A DNA stretch of 64,000 nt from the human T2T-CHM13v2.0 reference genome, Homo sapiens. The DNA lies in the NCBI RefSeq assembly GCF_009914755.1, contig NC_060930.1; one strand, given 5' to 3'. The position numbers were made by a program, and so were the translations under genes. The notes below the pieces were generated by a model. That model was not told the origin of the DNA, searched no databases, and saw nothing but the letters and a program-made list of their open reading frames with translations. Positions within the stretch are counted from its first letter, which is position 1. Each line of letters begins with the position of its first letter. This document shows, one piece after another, positions 15,105 through 29,870 of the stretch.

Positions 15105-17700
15105 TTTTGGCCACTGTTGTTATTCCTCCCCTACCCCTGATGTGGCTCTCTCAAGATCAAATTTGGGTTGAACAGTGGCCTTTAAAGGGAAAGAAATTAC
15201 AATAAGCACATGAATTAGTTGAGGAGAAATTAAAAGCTGGCCATATAGAACCATCAAGAACTCCTTGGACTTTGCCCATTTTCGTCATTCCCAAAAGGTC
15301 TGGCAAATGGAGACTTTTGCATGACTTACAGGCTATCAATGCTAATTTGCAACCTATGGTACCCCTTCAACAGGGTCTCCATTCCCCCACGGTGATTCCT
15401 CAAGATTGGCCTTTAGTTGTTATTGACTTAAAAGACTGCTTTTATACTATTCCCCTTGCAGAACAGGACAGAGAAAAATTTGTGTTTACAATACCAGCTG
15501 TCAATAATGAAAGGCCAGCTTGCCAATTTCATTGGAAAGTACTTCCTCAAGGAAAGCTGAACAATCCTACCGTGTGTCAGTATCATGTAAATCAGGCTTT
15601 GCTCCCCAGTAGAAAAGAATTTTCTAATTGCAGATTATTCATTTTATGGATGATATTTTACTAGCAGCCCCAACGGAGCCAGTACTTTTAAGTTTATATG
15701 CCTCAGTCATAAACAATACACAGTTAAGAGGTTTAATTATAGCATCTGAAAAAGTACAATTGTCCTCTCCTTGGAAATATCTTGGATACATACTAACTTC
15801 CTGGTCAGTAAGACCTCAAAAGGTTAAATTAAATAGTAGCAACTTACACACCTTAAATGCTTATCAAAAATTACCAGGTGATATTAATTGGCTTTGCCCC
15901 ACCTTGGGCATAACTACTGATGAGTTACAAAACCTGTTTTCTATCCTAAAGGGCAATACAGTCCTAGACTCTCCCAGGTATTTAACTCCTGCAGCAAAAA
16001 GGGATATTGAGGAAACAGAGCAAGCTATTTCTCACAGGCAACTAGATCACATAGACCCACAATATTCAGTCCGTTATTTGTTTATCCTACTAAACATTCC
16101 CCAACAGGATTAATAAGACAGATGGCCCCAGGGCTGTGCTTTCTAGAATGGGACTTTTGCTCACATACCAGGACTAAAACACTATCTCTCTATATCCAGC
16201 TAGTTAGTAAAGTCATCTATACAGGCCACAGACGATGCAATCAGTTGCTAGGTTATGACCCTGAGGTCATAAGAATTCCTTTGAGTACAAAGCAATTTGA
16301 AGCAGTATTGCCCTTATCTCTAGATCTTCAGATAGCACTCTCTGATTATGCAGGCCATATAAAGGATGCCCTTCCTTCTGACAAACTACTACAGTTCTTA
16401 TCTCGTACTCTTGTAGTTTTGCCTACAAAAGTAGTTCACTCTCTCACACCTAACGCTTTAACAGTTTTTACTGACGGCTCTGGTAAAAATGGAAAAGCAG
16501 CCATTTGGTGGGAGACTGTATAATTCGCTCACTCATTCTGGATTTACTAGCACTCAGAGAGCTGAGGTTAAAGCCTTAATATTGGCCCTGGAGACCTTTT
16601 CCACTCAGCCTATCAATATTGTTAGTGACTCTGCTTACTCTATTTATTTATTGCAGAACCTTGAAACAGCCCTCATTAAGTCCACTCTTGAGCCCACACT
16701 GTGTGCACTTTTTCTTTGACTTTGAATTGCTGGATCAACGTACACATCCTATTTTTATCACACATATTCGAGCCCACAGCTCACTGCCTGGCCCATTGGC
16801 TTATGGCAATGATCAAGCAGACCTGCAAGTTATGACATCATTGCTTGACCAAGCCACACAATCCCATAAATTTTTCCACCAAAATTGGATAAACTTAACT
16901 AAACAATTTAAACTTACCCAAAGACTAGCTAAACAAATTATCCTGCAATGCCCACATTGCCAGCTCACAGTCACATCCCCTCCTTCAACAGGTGTTAACC
17001 CTAGAGGACTAGAACCTAATCAGTTATGGCAAACAGATGTTACATGCATCCCTGAATTTGGAAAACTAAGATATGTACATGTATCTGTTGATACCAATTC
17101 TCACCTAATTAGCACACATGCTCTTCCTGGAGAGCCCACCCAATATGTCATTATACACCTTCTCTTAACTTTCACATTTCTAGGGCAGCCCACAAAAATT
17201 AAAACTGATAATGGTCTGACTTATGCCAACTTACAATTTCAACAATTTTGTCACGCGTGGAACATCCAACATGCCACAGGCATCCCATATAATACCCAAG
17301 GACAGGCCATAGTAGAACACGTCCATTCTGCTCTTAAAAATATGCTCAGAAAACAAAAAAGGGGGAATATGAGTAAGGACCCTGCAACACTACTAGCACA
17401 AGCCTTATTTACCCTTAATTTCTTAAATTCAAATGATAAATTTCAATCAGCTATAGAAAAGCACTTTGCTAAAACTTCTCAAGACATAAAACCCCTCAAG
17501 ACATAAAACCCGCAGTTTTATGGAAAGATGTAAATAGTAATGTATGGTGTGAACCAAATGAATTGCTAACATGAGGAAGAGGATATGCTTGTGTTCACAC
17601 CCCCTCAGGTCCTCTGCATTCCAGCACGATGCATCAAACCATACCATGGCTTTGCTAGGACCCAACCCAGTGCCAGAAATGAAGGAAGTGACCCTGCAGG
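15095..17700 (+). pseudogene. pol: HML-5 pol (RT, RNase H, integrase), disrupted
   Basis: [35 protein letters not shown], integrase HHCC and D-D-E (WQTDVT, KTDNG, IVEH); several frameshifts and stops. Confidence 0.95.
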
Positions 17701-19618
17701 ACCCGCTGCCCTGGACAATGTCGCTTCCTCAGGTGATACAATCTGTGGTATTACCTGAGGGATGCTGAAGAAGACAACAAAGGAGGCTGAGCAAATCCTT
17801 CTCTGGACACGGACACCATTCACTCCAGATAATTTGTTCCTTGCTAAGCTTTCTATTGTACATTGCAACACGTGTAGGGTATTGATCCTTTTTATGCTCT
17901 CACTTTGCCTGCAACCCATACTGGCTATGCTCTATTGGGCTCATCTCTTAGATATGCCTTTCTTCCACCGTGTTACTTGGGCAGACACCCCCTTCCCAGC
18001 CTCTAATAATGTAACTACTTGGCTAGGAGGGATTGACTTACCCCAGTGGGGTCCCTCATTAATGGCACACATTGGACCAAGGTCCCAGGTAACACTACTT
18101 ATCACTCCACTATCCTCCCACTGTGTATAAGTTATAAAAGTTCTAACCCTTACTGTGTACCAGCCCAAACAAAATTATGGCTACATCACGGCAAAGGAAA
18201 TGCCTTAACATTCTTAGTTGCAGGTAGCCTCAAACCAGGCAATGCAACCAATGCCACTTTCCCCAACATTCCTTCCTGTGCTAAAGAATGTAGCTAGGAA
18301 AGTAATGGATTCCACTTTGGCTGGGACAAGCCTGTAGCCTCCAGTTAGGCAATTATAACATCTTAGACTGGAGCCCCCATTACTATTTGCAGGGCAACCA
18401 TACTGATGTTCGCATCCATCGTGGCATCAATCACAGTTTCATAGCCACGTCTCATTCCCCTGTGATTTGGGCCAATGAAGGGATGGGATACTCCAGACCC
18501 CAAGTAGAGTCTATACCACCCCATAACACTTTATGGTGCCTGGGACAACTTAGCACCTCTCTTAACACCTGGCATGGGACATTTCATAATTCCAGTAACA
18601 ACTACACTATGACCATTATTCATAATCACACAGATCAGTTCCTGACTTGCACTACTCATCCATATGTTTTCCTTATGGGAACTCATATTTCCATTACACC
18701 CCAAAACTCTACGTTTGTGACCTGAGTGCAGGGACAGGCTTGATTCACCTCATGTATCACTAATTACTATATATCTAATTTAAATATTACTAGTGTCTTG
18801 GTATTAAGGAGACAATCTGAGGCATTCCTACCAGTCAATTTAACACATGATTGGCAAGGCTCCTCTGCTCTTGCCACCTTAGAATGTGCCCTGTACCAGG
18901 TCAGACATAAAAGATTCATAGGCACACTTATAGCCTTTGTAGTCTCAGTCATAGTCATCTTAGCAACTGCTAGTGTTCCTGTGGTCTCTATTACTGAATC
19001 AGTACAAATAGGTACATTTGCAGATAACTTGGCCAGAAATGTGTCTAGTGAACTTCTCTTACACAGGGATGTATATATCAAAAAATTCTTGCACATCTGC
19101 AAGCCCTTGAGGCTGCCTTAGAATATGTAGGGGAGTGACAAGATGCACTGGCATTCTGACAGCAATTAAACTGTGACTGGGAGCATAAGCATATCTGTGT
19201 CACCTCTCTACCTTGGACTCAATCAATACATAGTTGGGATGAGGCGAAACAACACCTCTGGGGAACCTTACATGATAATTTAACCACAGACATAAAGCAA
19301 CTTAGAACTAAAATTCTAGAGTCCCTAAACACCCAACAAACAGCCATATAGAAGGATGTGTGAGAACATCTCTCCTGGATAGACTCCCACTCCTGGGGGT
19401 CACTCCTTGATTGGAAAAAATGTTACTGATTCTACTCATGTTTGTCTTATGTTATTTACTAATTCTATGATACAAAGCTGGAATACCAGCAGTAACGGCT
19501 GTGCCAGGCAAACCTGTTGCTGCACACATCTGTATTCTTAAATTAACAGAACCTGATGCAAAAAAACAGGCAAGGGGGAGATGTAGGAGATCAGTCAGGG
19601 TGGTGGGAAAAGTTATAA
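17640..19618 (+). pseudogene. env: HML-5 env, disrupted
   Basis: Long signal-peptide region (LKKTTKEAEQIL...TPDNLFLA), furin site RHKR, fusion peptide FIGTLIAFVV, CX7C loop CDWEHKHIC, hydrophobic anchor; start approximate. Confidence 0.9.
19561..19581 (+). other. Polypurine tract
   Basis: aaaaaacaggcaagggggaga directly before the 3' LTR. Confidence 0.85.
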
Positions 19619-20063
19619 AAAAAAGTTATAGGGAAAGATGCAAAACTTCTTGGAAGACCGGGAGGTTTTGCAAAAGCTTCAGGAGAGAATTATGGCTGAA
19701 GGCAGCCAAATTCTCTTATCCACAGGCTGAGAGCAAAGGGCAGATAACAAGGGAATGTAAAGGAACCTATCTAGATAAATTTGTTTACTCCTGTCTCCAG
19801 AAACCAACTTTTGATCATTCGCGTGCAGGACTCCTCCTACTCAGGGGGTCAACGATGTTTATTACCCACAAAAGGTGTTTGCTCCAAGCCTTTGTCATTA
19901 AATCTGTACTAAATAAATGTGAGCGGGGCTGGCTTATGGAGGCAGCACTATCATTGGCAGTGCTAAGCCATGCATCTCCTAGCTGTGCTGTCAGGCAGAA
20001 TACCTGTGTCAGCACACTTCTTTCATCCGTCACTCAGCCAGAGTCTGAAGGACAGACTCAGCA
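19582..20063 (+). repeat. 3' LTR (LTR22 family)
   Basis: tgtaggagatcagtcagg...gacagactcagca; AATAAA at 19912. Confidence 0.95.
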
Positions 20064-23000
20064 ATCATCCAGAAAAATATGGTCTCACCAAATGAACTAA
20101 ATAAGGCAGTAGGGACCAAACCTGGAGAAACAGACAAGTGTGACCTTTCAGACAGAGAACTCAAAATAGGTGTGTTAAGGAAACTCAAATAAATTCAAGA
20201 TAGCAGAGAGAAGGAATTCATAATTCTGTCAGATAAATTTAACAGAGAAAGTGAAATAATAAAAAAAAATTCAAGAAGAAATTCTGGAGCTAAAAATGCA
20301 ACTGGCATACTGAAGAATGCATTAGAGTTCTCTTATAGCAGAATTTATCAAGGGAAAGAATTACTGAGCTTGAAGGCAGGCTGTTTGAAAATTCAGTCAG
20401 AAAAGACAAAAGAAAAAAGAATAAAAAATTATGAAGCATGCCTACAGGATCTAGAAAATAGCCCGAAAAGGGCAAATCTAAGAGTTATTGCTCTTAAAGA
20501 GGAGGTAAGAAAAGAGATACAATTAGAAAGTTTATTCAAAGGGACAATAACAGAAAACTTCACAAAATGAGAGAAAGATATCAATATCCAAGTACAAGTA
20601 GGTTACAGAATATCAAGCAGATTTAACTCAAAGAAGACTACCTCAAGGCATTTAATAATTTAACTTCCAAAGATCAAGGATAAAAAAAGGAGCAAGAGAA
20701 AAGAAACAAATAACATACAATGAAGCTCCAATATGTCTGGCAGCAGACTTTTCAATGGAAACCTTACAGGCCAGAAGAGAGTGGTATGACATATTTAATA
20801 TGCTGAAGGAAAAATTTTTTATCCTAGAATAGTATATGAGCAAAAATATCCTTTAAACATGAAGGAGAACTAAATACTTTCCCAGGCAAAGAAAAGCTGA
20901 GGAATTTCATCACCAGTCATCCTACAAGAAATGCTAAAGGGAGTACTTCAATCAGAAAGAAAATAATATTAGTGAGCAATAAGTAATCACCTGAAGGTAG
21001 CAAACTCACAGATAATGGAAAGTACACAGAAAAATACTAAATATTTTAACACTGTAACTGTGGTGTGTTAACTACTCTTAAGTACAAACACTAAAGAATA
21101 AACCAATAAAAAATAGTAAGTAAAACAATGTTGCAAGACATAATCAGTACAATAAGATATTGTCCAAGAGTTAAAAAACAAGGGATGTAGTTAAGGCATA
21201 GAATTTTTATTAGTTTTCTTTTTGCTTGTTTGTTAGTTTGTTTATACAAACAGTGTTAAGTTGTTATCAGATAAAAATAATAGGTTACAAAACAGAATTA
21301 GCAAGCTTCATCACAATCTCAAAACAAAAACCATACAATGAACACACAAAATATAAAAAATCAATAAACTAAATAATATCAGCAGAGAAAAATCACCTTC
21401 ACTAGAGGAAGACATGAAGACCAGAAAAAAGACCAGAAAACAAATAACAAAACTTTAGGAGTAAGTCCTTACTTATCAATAATAACAATAAATGAAATGG
21501 AAAAAATCTCCAAACAAAAGACATAGACTGGCTGAATGGATGAAATAACAGCATCCATTTAACTGTTGCCTACAAGAAACACACTTCTCCTATAAAGACA
21601 CAAATAGACTGAAAATAAAGGGATGTAAAAAAAATATTCCATGACAATGGAAACCAAAAAAGTGCAGGAGTTATTATACTTATATCAGACAAAATAGATC
21701 TCAAGACCAAAACTATGAGACAAAGAAGGTCACTAAATAATGATAAGGGCATCAATTCAGCAAGAAGATATAACAATTTTTATGCACCCAACACTTGAGT
21801 GCCCAGGTATATGAAGCAAATATTATTAGCGCTAAAGAGAGAGATAGGTCCCACTACAAAAATAGACAGAGACTTCAAACACCCCACTTTCAGCATTGCA
21901 CAGATATTCCACACAGAAAATTAACAAAGAGACAGCAAATTTAATCTGCACTATAGACCAAATGGATCTAAGAGATATTTACAGAACATTTCATTAGACA
22001 GCTGCAGAATACACATTCTTTTCCTCAGCACTTAGATCACCCTCCAGGATAAATCATATTTTAAGTCACAAAACAATTCTTAAAACATTCAAAAAAATTG
22101 AAATAATATCAAGTATCTTCTCTGACCACAATGGAATAAAACTAGAAATTGATAACAGGAGGAATTTTGGGAACTATACACATACATGGAAATCAAACAC
22201 TATGCTTCTGAATGACCAGTAGGTCAATGAAGATATTAACAAGGAAATTGAAAAATTTCTTGGAACAAATGGTAATGGAAACAAAACATACCAAAACCTA
22301 TGGGATACAGCAAAAGAAATACTAAGAGAGAAGTTAAGAGTATAAGTGTCTACATCAAAAATGAGGAAAAACTTCAAATGAACAATTTAACAATCCATCT
22401 TAAAGAACTAGAAAAGCAAGAGCAAACCGACATCAAAATTAATGGAAGAAAAGAAATAACAAAAGACCAAAGCAAAAATAAATGAAATTGAAATGACAAA
22501 AACAACATGAAAAGTCAATGAAAAAAATGCATTGTTTGAAAAGCTAAACAAAATCACAAACCTTTAGCCAGACTAAGAAAAAAAGAGAGAAAATCCAAAT
22601 AAATAAAATAAATTTAAAAAGGAGACATTACCACTGATACTGCAGAAATTCAAAGAATCATTAGTGGCTACTATGATGTCAATACATTGGAAAATCTAGA
22701 CGAAATGGACAAATTCCTGGATATGTACAACCTACCAATATTGAACTTAGAAAAAAATCCCAAACCTGAATAGATCAATAAGTAATGAGATTGAAGCTCT
22801 AATAAAAAGTCTCCTAGTAAATAAAAGCTCAGGGCCCAATAGCTTCACTGCTGAATTCAACCAAACATTTTAAAAAGAACTAATTCCATTCCTACTCAAA
22901 CCATTCTGAAAAATTAAGGTAGTGGAAAAACTTCAAAACTCATTCTACGAGGCTCATATTTCCCTGATACCAAAACCAGACAGAGACACATAAAAAAAGA

Positions 23001-23538
23001 AAGAAAGAAAAAAAGAAAAGAAAGAAATAAAGAAAAGAAAGAAAACTACAGGCCAATATCTCTGATGAATATTGATGCAAAAATCCTTTCCAAAATACTA
23101 GCATGCTGAATTCAACAAAACTTTAGAAAGATCATTCATCATGACCAAGTAGAATTGATCCCTAGGATGGAAGGATGGTTCAACATAGGCAAATCAATCA
23201 ATGTAATACATCATAACAACATAATGAAGAATAAAAACTATTTGATCATTTCAATTGATGCTGAATAAGCATTTGATAAAATTTAACATTCTTTCATGAT
23301 AAAAATCCTCACAAAACTGGGGATAGAAGGAACATAGCTCAACATAATAGAAGCCATATATGGCAGACCTATGACTAGTATAATCCTGAATGAAGAAAAA
23401 CGGAAAGCATTTCAAGATTTGGAACACAAGGATGTCCATTGTCACCACTGTTATTCAACATAGTACTGGAAAGTCCTAGCTAGAGCATCAGACAGGAGAA
23501 ATATATAAAGGGCACCCAAATCAGAAAGAAAGAAGTCA

Positions 23539-23910
<372 letters not shown>

Positions 23911-26000
23911 CTAAAGAAAAAAAAACTAAAAACTCCACAGGAAATCAATTAGAACTGATCAACAAATCAACAAATTCAGTAGTTGCAGGATACAAAATCA
24001 ACATACAAAACTCAGCAGCATTTCTATAAGCCAACTGTGAACAATTTGAAAAAGAAATAAAAAAGTAATCCCATTTATAATAGCCACATATACAATTAAA
24101 TACCTTGGAATTAATCAAAGAAGCAAAAGATTTCATAATGAAAATTATAAAACACTAATGAAAGAAATTTAAAAAGATACCAAAAATGACAAAATATTCC
24201 TGGTTCATAGACTGGAAGAATCAATATTTTTTAAATGTCCATACTACTCAAAGCAATATACAGATTCAGTGTGATTCCTATCAAAATACCAATGACATTC
24301 TTCAAAGAAATAGAAAAACTATCCTAAAATTTATATGCAACCACAAAAGACCCAGAATAGCTAAAGCTATTTTAAGCAAAAAGAACAATACTGGAGGGAC
24401 TACATTATCTGACTTCAAATTATACTACAGAGCTATAGTAATCCAAACAGCACGGTACTCACATGAAAACAGACACATAGACCAATAGGATGGAATGGAG
24501 AACCCAGAAACAAATCCACATACATACAGTAAACTCACTTTTGACAAAGGTGCCATGAACATACACTAGGGAAAAAACAGTCTATTCAATAAATGGAGCA
24601 TTTGAAAATACCGGACATCCATATACAGAAGAATGAAACTAGATCCCTATCTATCATTGTGTATAAAAATCAAATAAAAATAGATCAAAGACTGAAATCT
24701 AAGACTTCAACCTATGAATCTCCTACAAGAAAACATTGGAGAAATTCTTCAGGACATTGGTCTGTCTGGGCAAAGATTTCTTAAGAAATACCCCACAAGT
24801 ACATCCAACCAAAGCAAAAATGGATGAATGGGCTCACAATAACTTAAACAGCTTCTGCACAGCAGAGGATACAATCAACAGTGACAACCCACATAATGCG
24901 AGAAACTATCTGCAAACTACCCATCTGAAAAAGGATTAATAACCAGAATATAAAGAGCTCAAACCACTCTACAGGAAAAAAATTCTAATAATGTGATCAT
25001 AAGTGAGCAAATGATTTAAATAGACATTTTCTCAAAAGAGGACATACAAATGGCAAACAGGCATATATAAAGGTACTCAACATCACTGATCATCAGAGAA
25101 ACACAAATCAAAACTACAGTGAGATATAATCTCAGACCATTTAAAATAGCTTATATCCAAAAGGTAGGTAATACCAAATGCTTGTGAGGATATGGAGAAA
25201 AGGCAACAATTTTACACTATCGATGGAAATGTAAATTAGTACAACAACTATATAGAAGAGTTTGGAGTTTCCTCAAATAACTAAAAATTATGCTATTATA
25301 TAATCCAACAATCCTATTGCTGGGTATATACCCAAAAGAAAGGAAGTATATCAAAGCACTCCTATGCTTTTTGCAGCACTGTTTACAATAGCTAAGATTT
25401 GGAAGCAACCTAACTGTCCATTAACAGATGAATGGATAAAGAAAATGTACTACATATACACAATAGAGTACTATTTAGCCATAAAAAAGAATGAGATACA
25501 GTCATTTGCAACAACATGAATGGAACTGGAGATAATTATGTTATGTGAAATAAGCCAGGCCCAGAAAGACAAACACTGCATGGTCTCACTTATTTGTGGA
25601 ATCTAAAAATCAAAACAATTGAACTCACGGACAGACAGTAGAACAATGGTTACCAGAGGCTGGGAGGGGTAGTCGGGGTCATGGCAGTTGGAGATCGGGA
25701 TGGTTAATGGGTAGAAAAACAGAAAGGATGAATAAGACCTACTATTTGAGCATCATATTTTTGCTATAGTCAATCATATCTTAATCCTACACTTTAAAAT
25801 AACTTAAAGAGTGTAGTTGGATTGTTTGTAACTTGAAGGACAAATGTTTGGCAGAATGGGTACCCCATTCCTCATGATGTGTTTATTTCATACTGAATGT
25901 CAGTATCAAAACATCTCATGTACTCCATAAATATATACACCCACAAAAATTCAAACATTTTTTAAAAATTGCAATTAAAAAATAAAATTCACCAACCTTA

Positions 26001-29000
26001 AAAAATTACTTTGAATGTAAATGGATTAAATCTTCAATAAGAAGACATAAAGTGTCTAAATAGATTGAAAGATAGAAAACTAGACCCAGCCATATGCTGC
26101 CTACAATAGACTCCCCTCACCTTTAAAGACACACATAGTCTGAAAGTAAAGGGATGGAAAAGGATATTTCATACAAATGGAAACTAAATGAGAACAGAGA
26201 TAGCTATACGTATATCAGACAAAGTAGAGTTTAAGTCAAAAACTGTAAAAAGAGGCAAAGTAGGTTATTATATAAATATAAAGGGATTGGTTGAACAAAA
26301 GGATATAAAAATTATAAATATATATGCACACATCAGAGCAACTACATTATAAAGTAAATAATCTGAATAGAGATAAGTAGATCTGAAGAGATATAGACTG
26401 TAATGCAATTAGAGTAGGGAACTTTAATACTCCAATTTTAACAATGGATAAATCATTCAGACAAAAATGCAGTAGGGAAACAGCAGACTTGAACAAAACT
26501 TTAGACCCAAATGAACCTAATAAGCATCTACAGAACATTCATTACAACAGCAACTGAAGACATATTCTTCTTTTGTGCACATGAAACCTTCTACAGCATA
26601 GATTGTATGTTAGTTCACAAAACAAGTTTGAACATATTTAAGAAGATTAAAATCATATCAAGTAAATTTACTAATTATGATTATATAAAACCAGAAATCA
26701 ATAACAGGAGAAATGTTGGAAACTTCACAAGTATGAGGAAATTAAACAACATGCTAGTAAACAACAAATGGGTCAAAGAAGAAATTTAAAAATAAAATTA
26801 AAAATAAATATCTTGAGACAAACAAAAATAAAAGCAAAACATACCACAATGAATGGAATACAGCAAAAACAATTCTAAGAGGAAATTTTATAGCAGTGAA
26901 TGCCTATATCGAAAAGCAAAAAGATATCAAATAATCTAAGATTACATCTCAAGTAACTGGGAAATAAAAAGAACAAACTAAACCCAACGTTAGCAGACAG
27001 AAGGAAATAACAAATTCAGAGCATAAATAAATGAAATAGGGACCAGAAAACCAATAGGAAAAATAAACAAAACCAATAGGAAAAATCAACAAAACCAAGA
27101 ATTGCTTTTTTGAAAAGATAAACACAACAAATTTAGTAAAGAAAAAATGGAAATAAATAAAATGAGAAATGAAAGAAAAGAAAATTACAAATGATATACC
27201 AAACTACAAGGGATCACAAGAAACTATCAAGAACATTTATATGCCAAAAAATTAAATAACCTAGGGGAAATAAATAAACTCCCAAACACATAAAATCTAC
27301 CAACCCTGATTCAAAAATATATGCAGTCTAAATAGATAAATAATGAGTAAGGAGTTTGAAGCAGTAATAAAATAATCTGCCATCAAAGAAAAGCTCAAGA
27401 CTTGAAGATTTTATCACTGAATTCTATGAAACAGTTAAAGAAAAACTTGCCGGGTGTGGTGGCTGACGCCTGTAATCCCAGCAGTTTGGGAGGCCGAGGC
27501 AGGCAGATCACCTGAGGTCAAGAGTTCGAGATCAGCCTGGCCAACATGGCAAAACCCCATCTCTATAAAAACAGAAAAATTAGCCAGGCATGGTGGCACA
27601 TGCCTGTAGTCCCAGCTACTCAGGAGGCTGAGGCAGGAGAATCACTTGAACCCAGAAGGCCAAGGTTTCAGGGAGCTGAGATGGCGCCACTGCACTTCAG
27701 CCTGGGTGACACAGTGAGACTCTGTCTCAAATAAAAACAAAACAAAACAAAAAAGACACACACAAAATAAAGAAAAACTAATACCAATCCCTCTCAAATG
27801 CCTTTAAAACATCAAAAAGGATGGAATATTTCCAAACTCTTTTTATGAGGCCAACATTACCTTGATACTAAGGCCAGATAAGGACATTATAATAAAGGAA
27901 AAATACAGGCCAATATCCCTGACTAGCATAGATGCAAAAATCCTCAACAAAAGCACTAGCAAATCAAATTCAACAGCATGTTTAAAGGACAGTGATCATT
28001 TATCATGATCAAGTAAATCATGAAAATGAATAATTTACCATGATCAAGTGGGATTTATTCCAGAGATACAAGAATGCTTCAGCATATGCAAATCTATAAA
28101 TTCAATATATCACATTCAGAAGAACAAAAATTACATGATCAAATAAGTAGATGCATGAAAAGCATTTGACAAAATTCAACTTTTTTTAATGTTAAAAACT
28201 CTTAATAAATTAGGTGTAGAAGTAATGTACCTCAACACAATGCAGGCCATATATGACAAGCATGCAATGAACATTGTACTCAACAGTGGAAAGGTGAAAA
28301 CTTTTCCATTACAATCAGCAACAAGACAAGGATGTGCACTCTCACAATTTCTATTTAATAGAGCACTGAATGTTCATGCCTGAGTTATTTCACAAGAGAA
28401 ATAAATAAAAGGCATCTACATAGGAAAGGAATATATACAATTATCAAAGTTTACTGATGATATGTTCATATGGAAACCCTAAAATTACACCAGAAAACAC
28501 AGAATACAGTAAAGGTGCAGAATACAAATGAAATCAACACACAAAATTAGCAGCATTCCTGTACACTAACAACAAATCAAGACAACAATCCCATTTACAA
28601 TAGCTTCCCAAAAAATACTTAGAAATAAATTTAACCAAAAAGGTGAAAGACATGTACACTGAAACTTACAAAACACTGATCAAAGAAATTGAAGAAGACA
28701 CAAATAATTGAAAATATATTTTATGTTTATGTATTAGAAGAATTAATATTGTTAAAATATCTATACTACCCAAAGTGATCTACAGATTCAATGCAATCTC
28801 AATCAAAATTCCAATGTCATTTTTCATTGAAATAGAAAAAAAACTCTCAAGTTCATATGGAACCACAAAAAACTCTGAATGTTCAAGGCAATCTTGAGCA
28901 AAATCAACAGTGTAGGCATCACATTACCTGACTTCAAATTATATTACAAAGCTATAGTAATTAAAACAGCATGATACTGGCATAACAATAAAAGCAATGG

Positions 29001-29870
29001 AATAGAATAGAAAGCCCCCCCCAAAAAAATGAACCCATGTGTTTACAGTCCATTGATTTTCATTGAAGATGCCAAGAATACACAATGGAAAATGAATACT
29101 CTTTGTAATAAAGAGTGATGGGAAAAATTGGTATCCACATGCAGAAGAATCACATTGGACCCTTATCCTCATACCGTGTACAAAAGTCATCTTTAAATGG
29201 AATAAAGACTTACGTGAAAAATCTGAAACTAACACTGATTTTTAAAATTTGATTGCAAAAGCTCAGGTAACAAAAGCACAAGTAGACAAATGAGGTAACA
29301 TCAAACTAAAAAGCTTCTGCACAAAAAAGAAAGAAAATAGAATGAAGAGACAGTGAACAATTTGGGAGAAATATTTACAAGCAATACATCTGATAAGAGG
29401 TTCATATCCAAAATACATAAAGAACACAAAAAAACAAATAATCTGATTTAAAAATGGGCAAAAGGATCTGACAGCCATTCCCCCAAAAAAGACATACAAA
29501 TCTCCAATATGTATATGAAAAATATGCTCATCACTAATCATCAGGGAAATGCAAACCTAAACCACAAAGAGATATCACTGCATATTTGTAGAATAGCTCT
29601 TATAAAAGAACAAAACAAAACAAAAACAAACAAAGAAACAGAAGATAGCAAGTCTTGGCAACTCTGTTGGTGAGAAGGTAAGTTAGTAGAGCCATCATGA
29701 AAAACTATATGGAAGCTCCTTGAAAAACTAAAAATAGCATTACTGTATGATCCAGCAATTGCATTTCTGGATATATATCCAAAAGAAAAAAAAAGAAATC
29801 AGTACATTGAAGAGATATCTGCAGTTCTATATTCATTGCAACATTCCTTGCAATAGCCAAACTATGGAAT
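26001..29870 (+). mobile_element. Continuation (ORF2) of the older L1 begun at ~8830
   Basis: Resumes at ttactttgaatgtaaatggattaaat, the endonuclease start; heavily degraded ORF2, no clear 3'UTR. Confidence 0.88.
27449..27767 (+). mobile_element. AluS element
   Basis: Alu dimer; TSD aaagaaaaact. Confidence 0.93.

Larger units (their letters stand above)
11825..20063 (+). mobile_element. HERV-K(HML-5)/HERVK22 provirus, structurally complete, coding-defective
   Basis: Two ~481-bp TG...CA LTRs, tRNA-Met PBS, PPT, betaretroviral gag/dUTPase-pro/pol/env motifs; 6-bp TSD accgtc (11819-11824) / atcatc (20064-20069), each one change from accatc. Confidence 0.93.

Noticed and set aside
12971-19618. 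Possibility of an intact or domesticated retroviral gene
   Set aside because: gag, pro, pol and env all carry several stops or frameshifts, and catalytic motifs are altered (DTD protease, FMDD RT)
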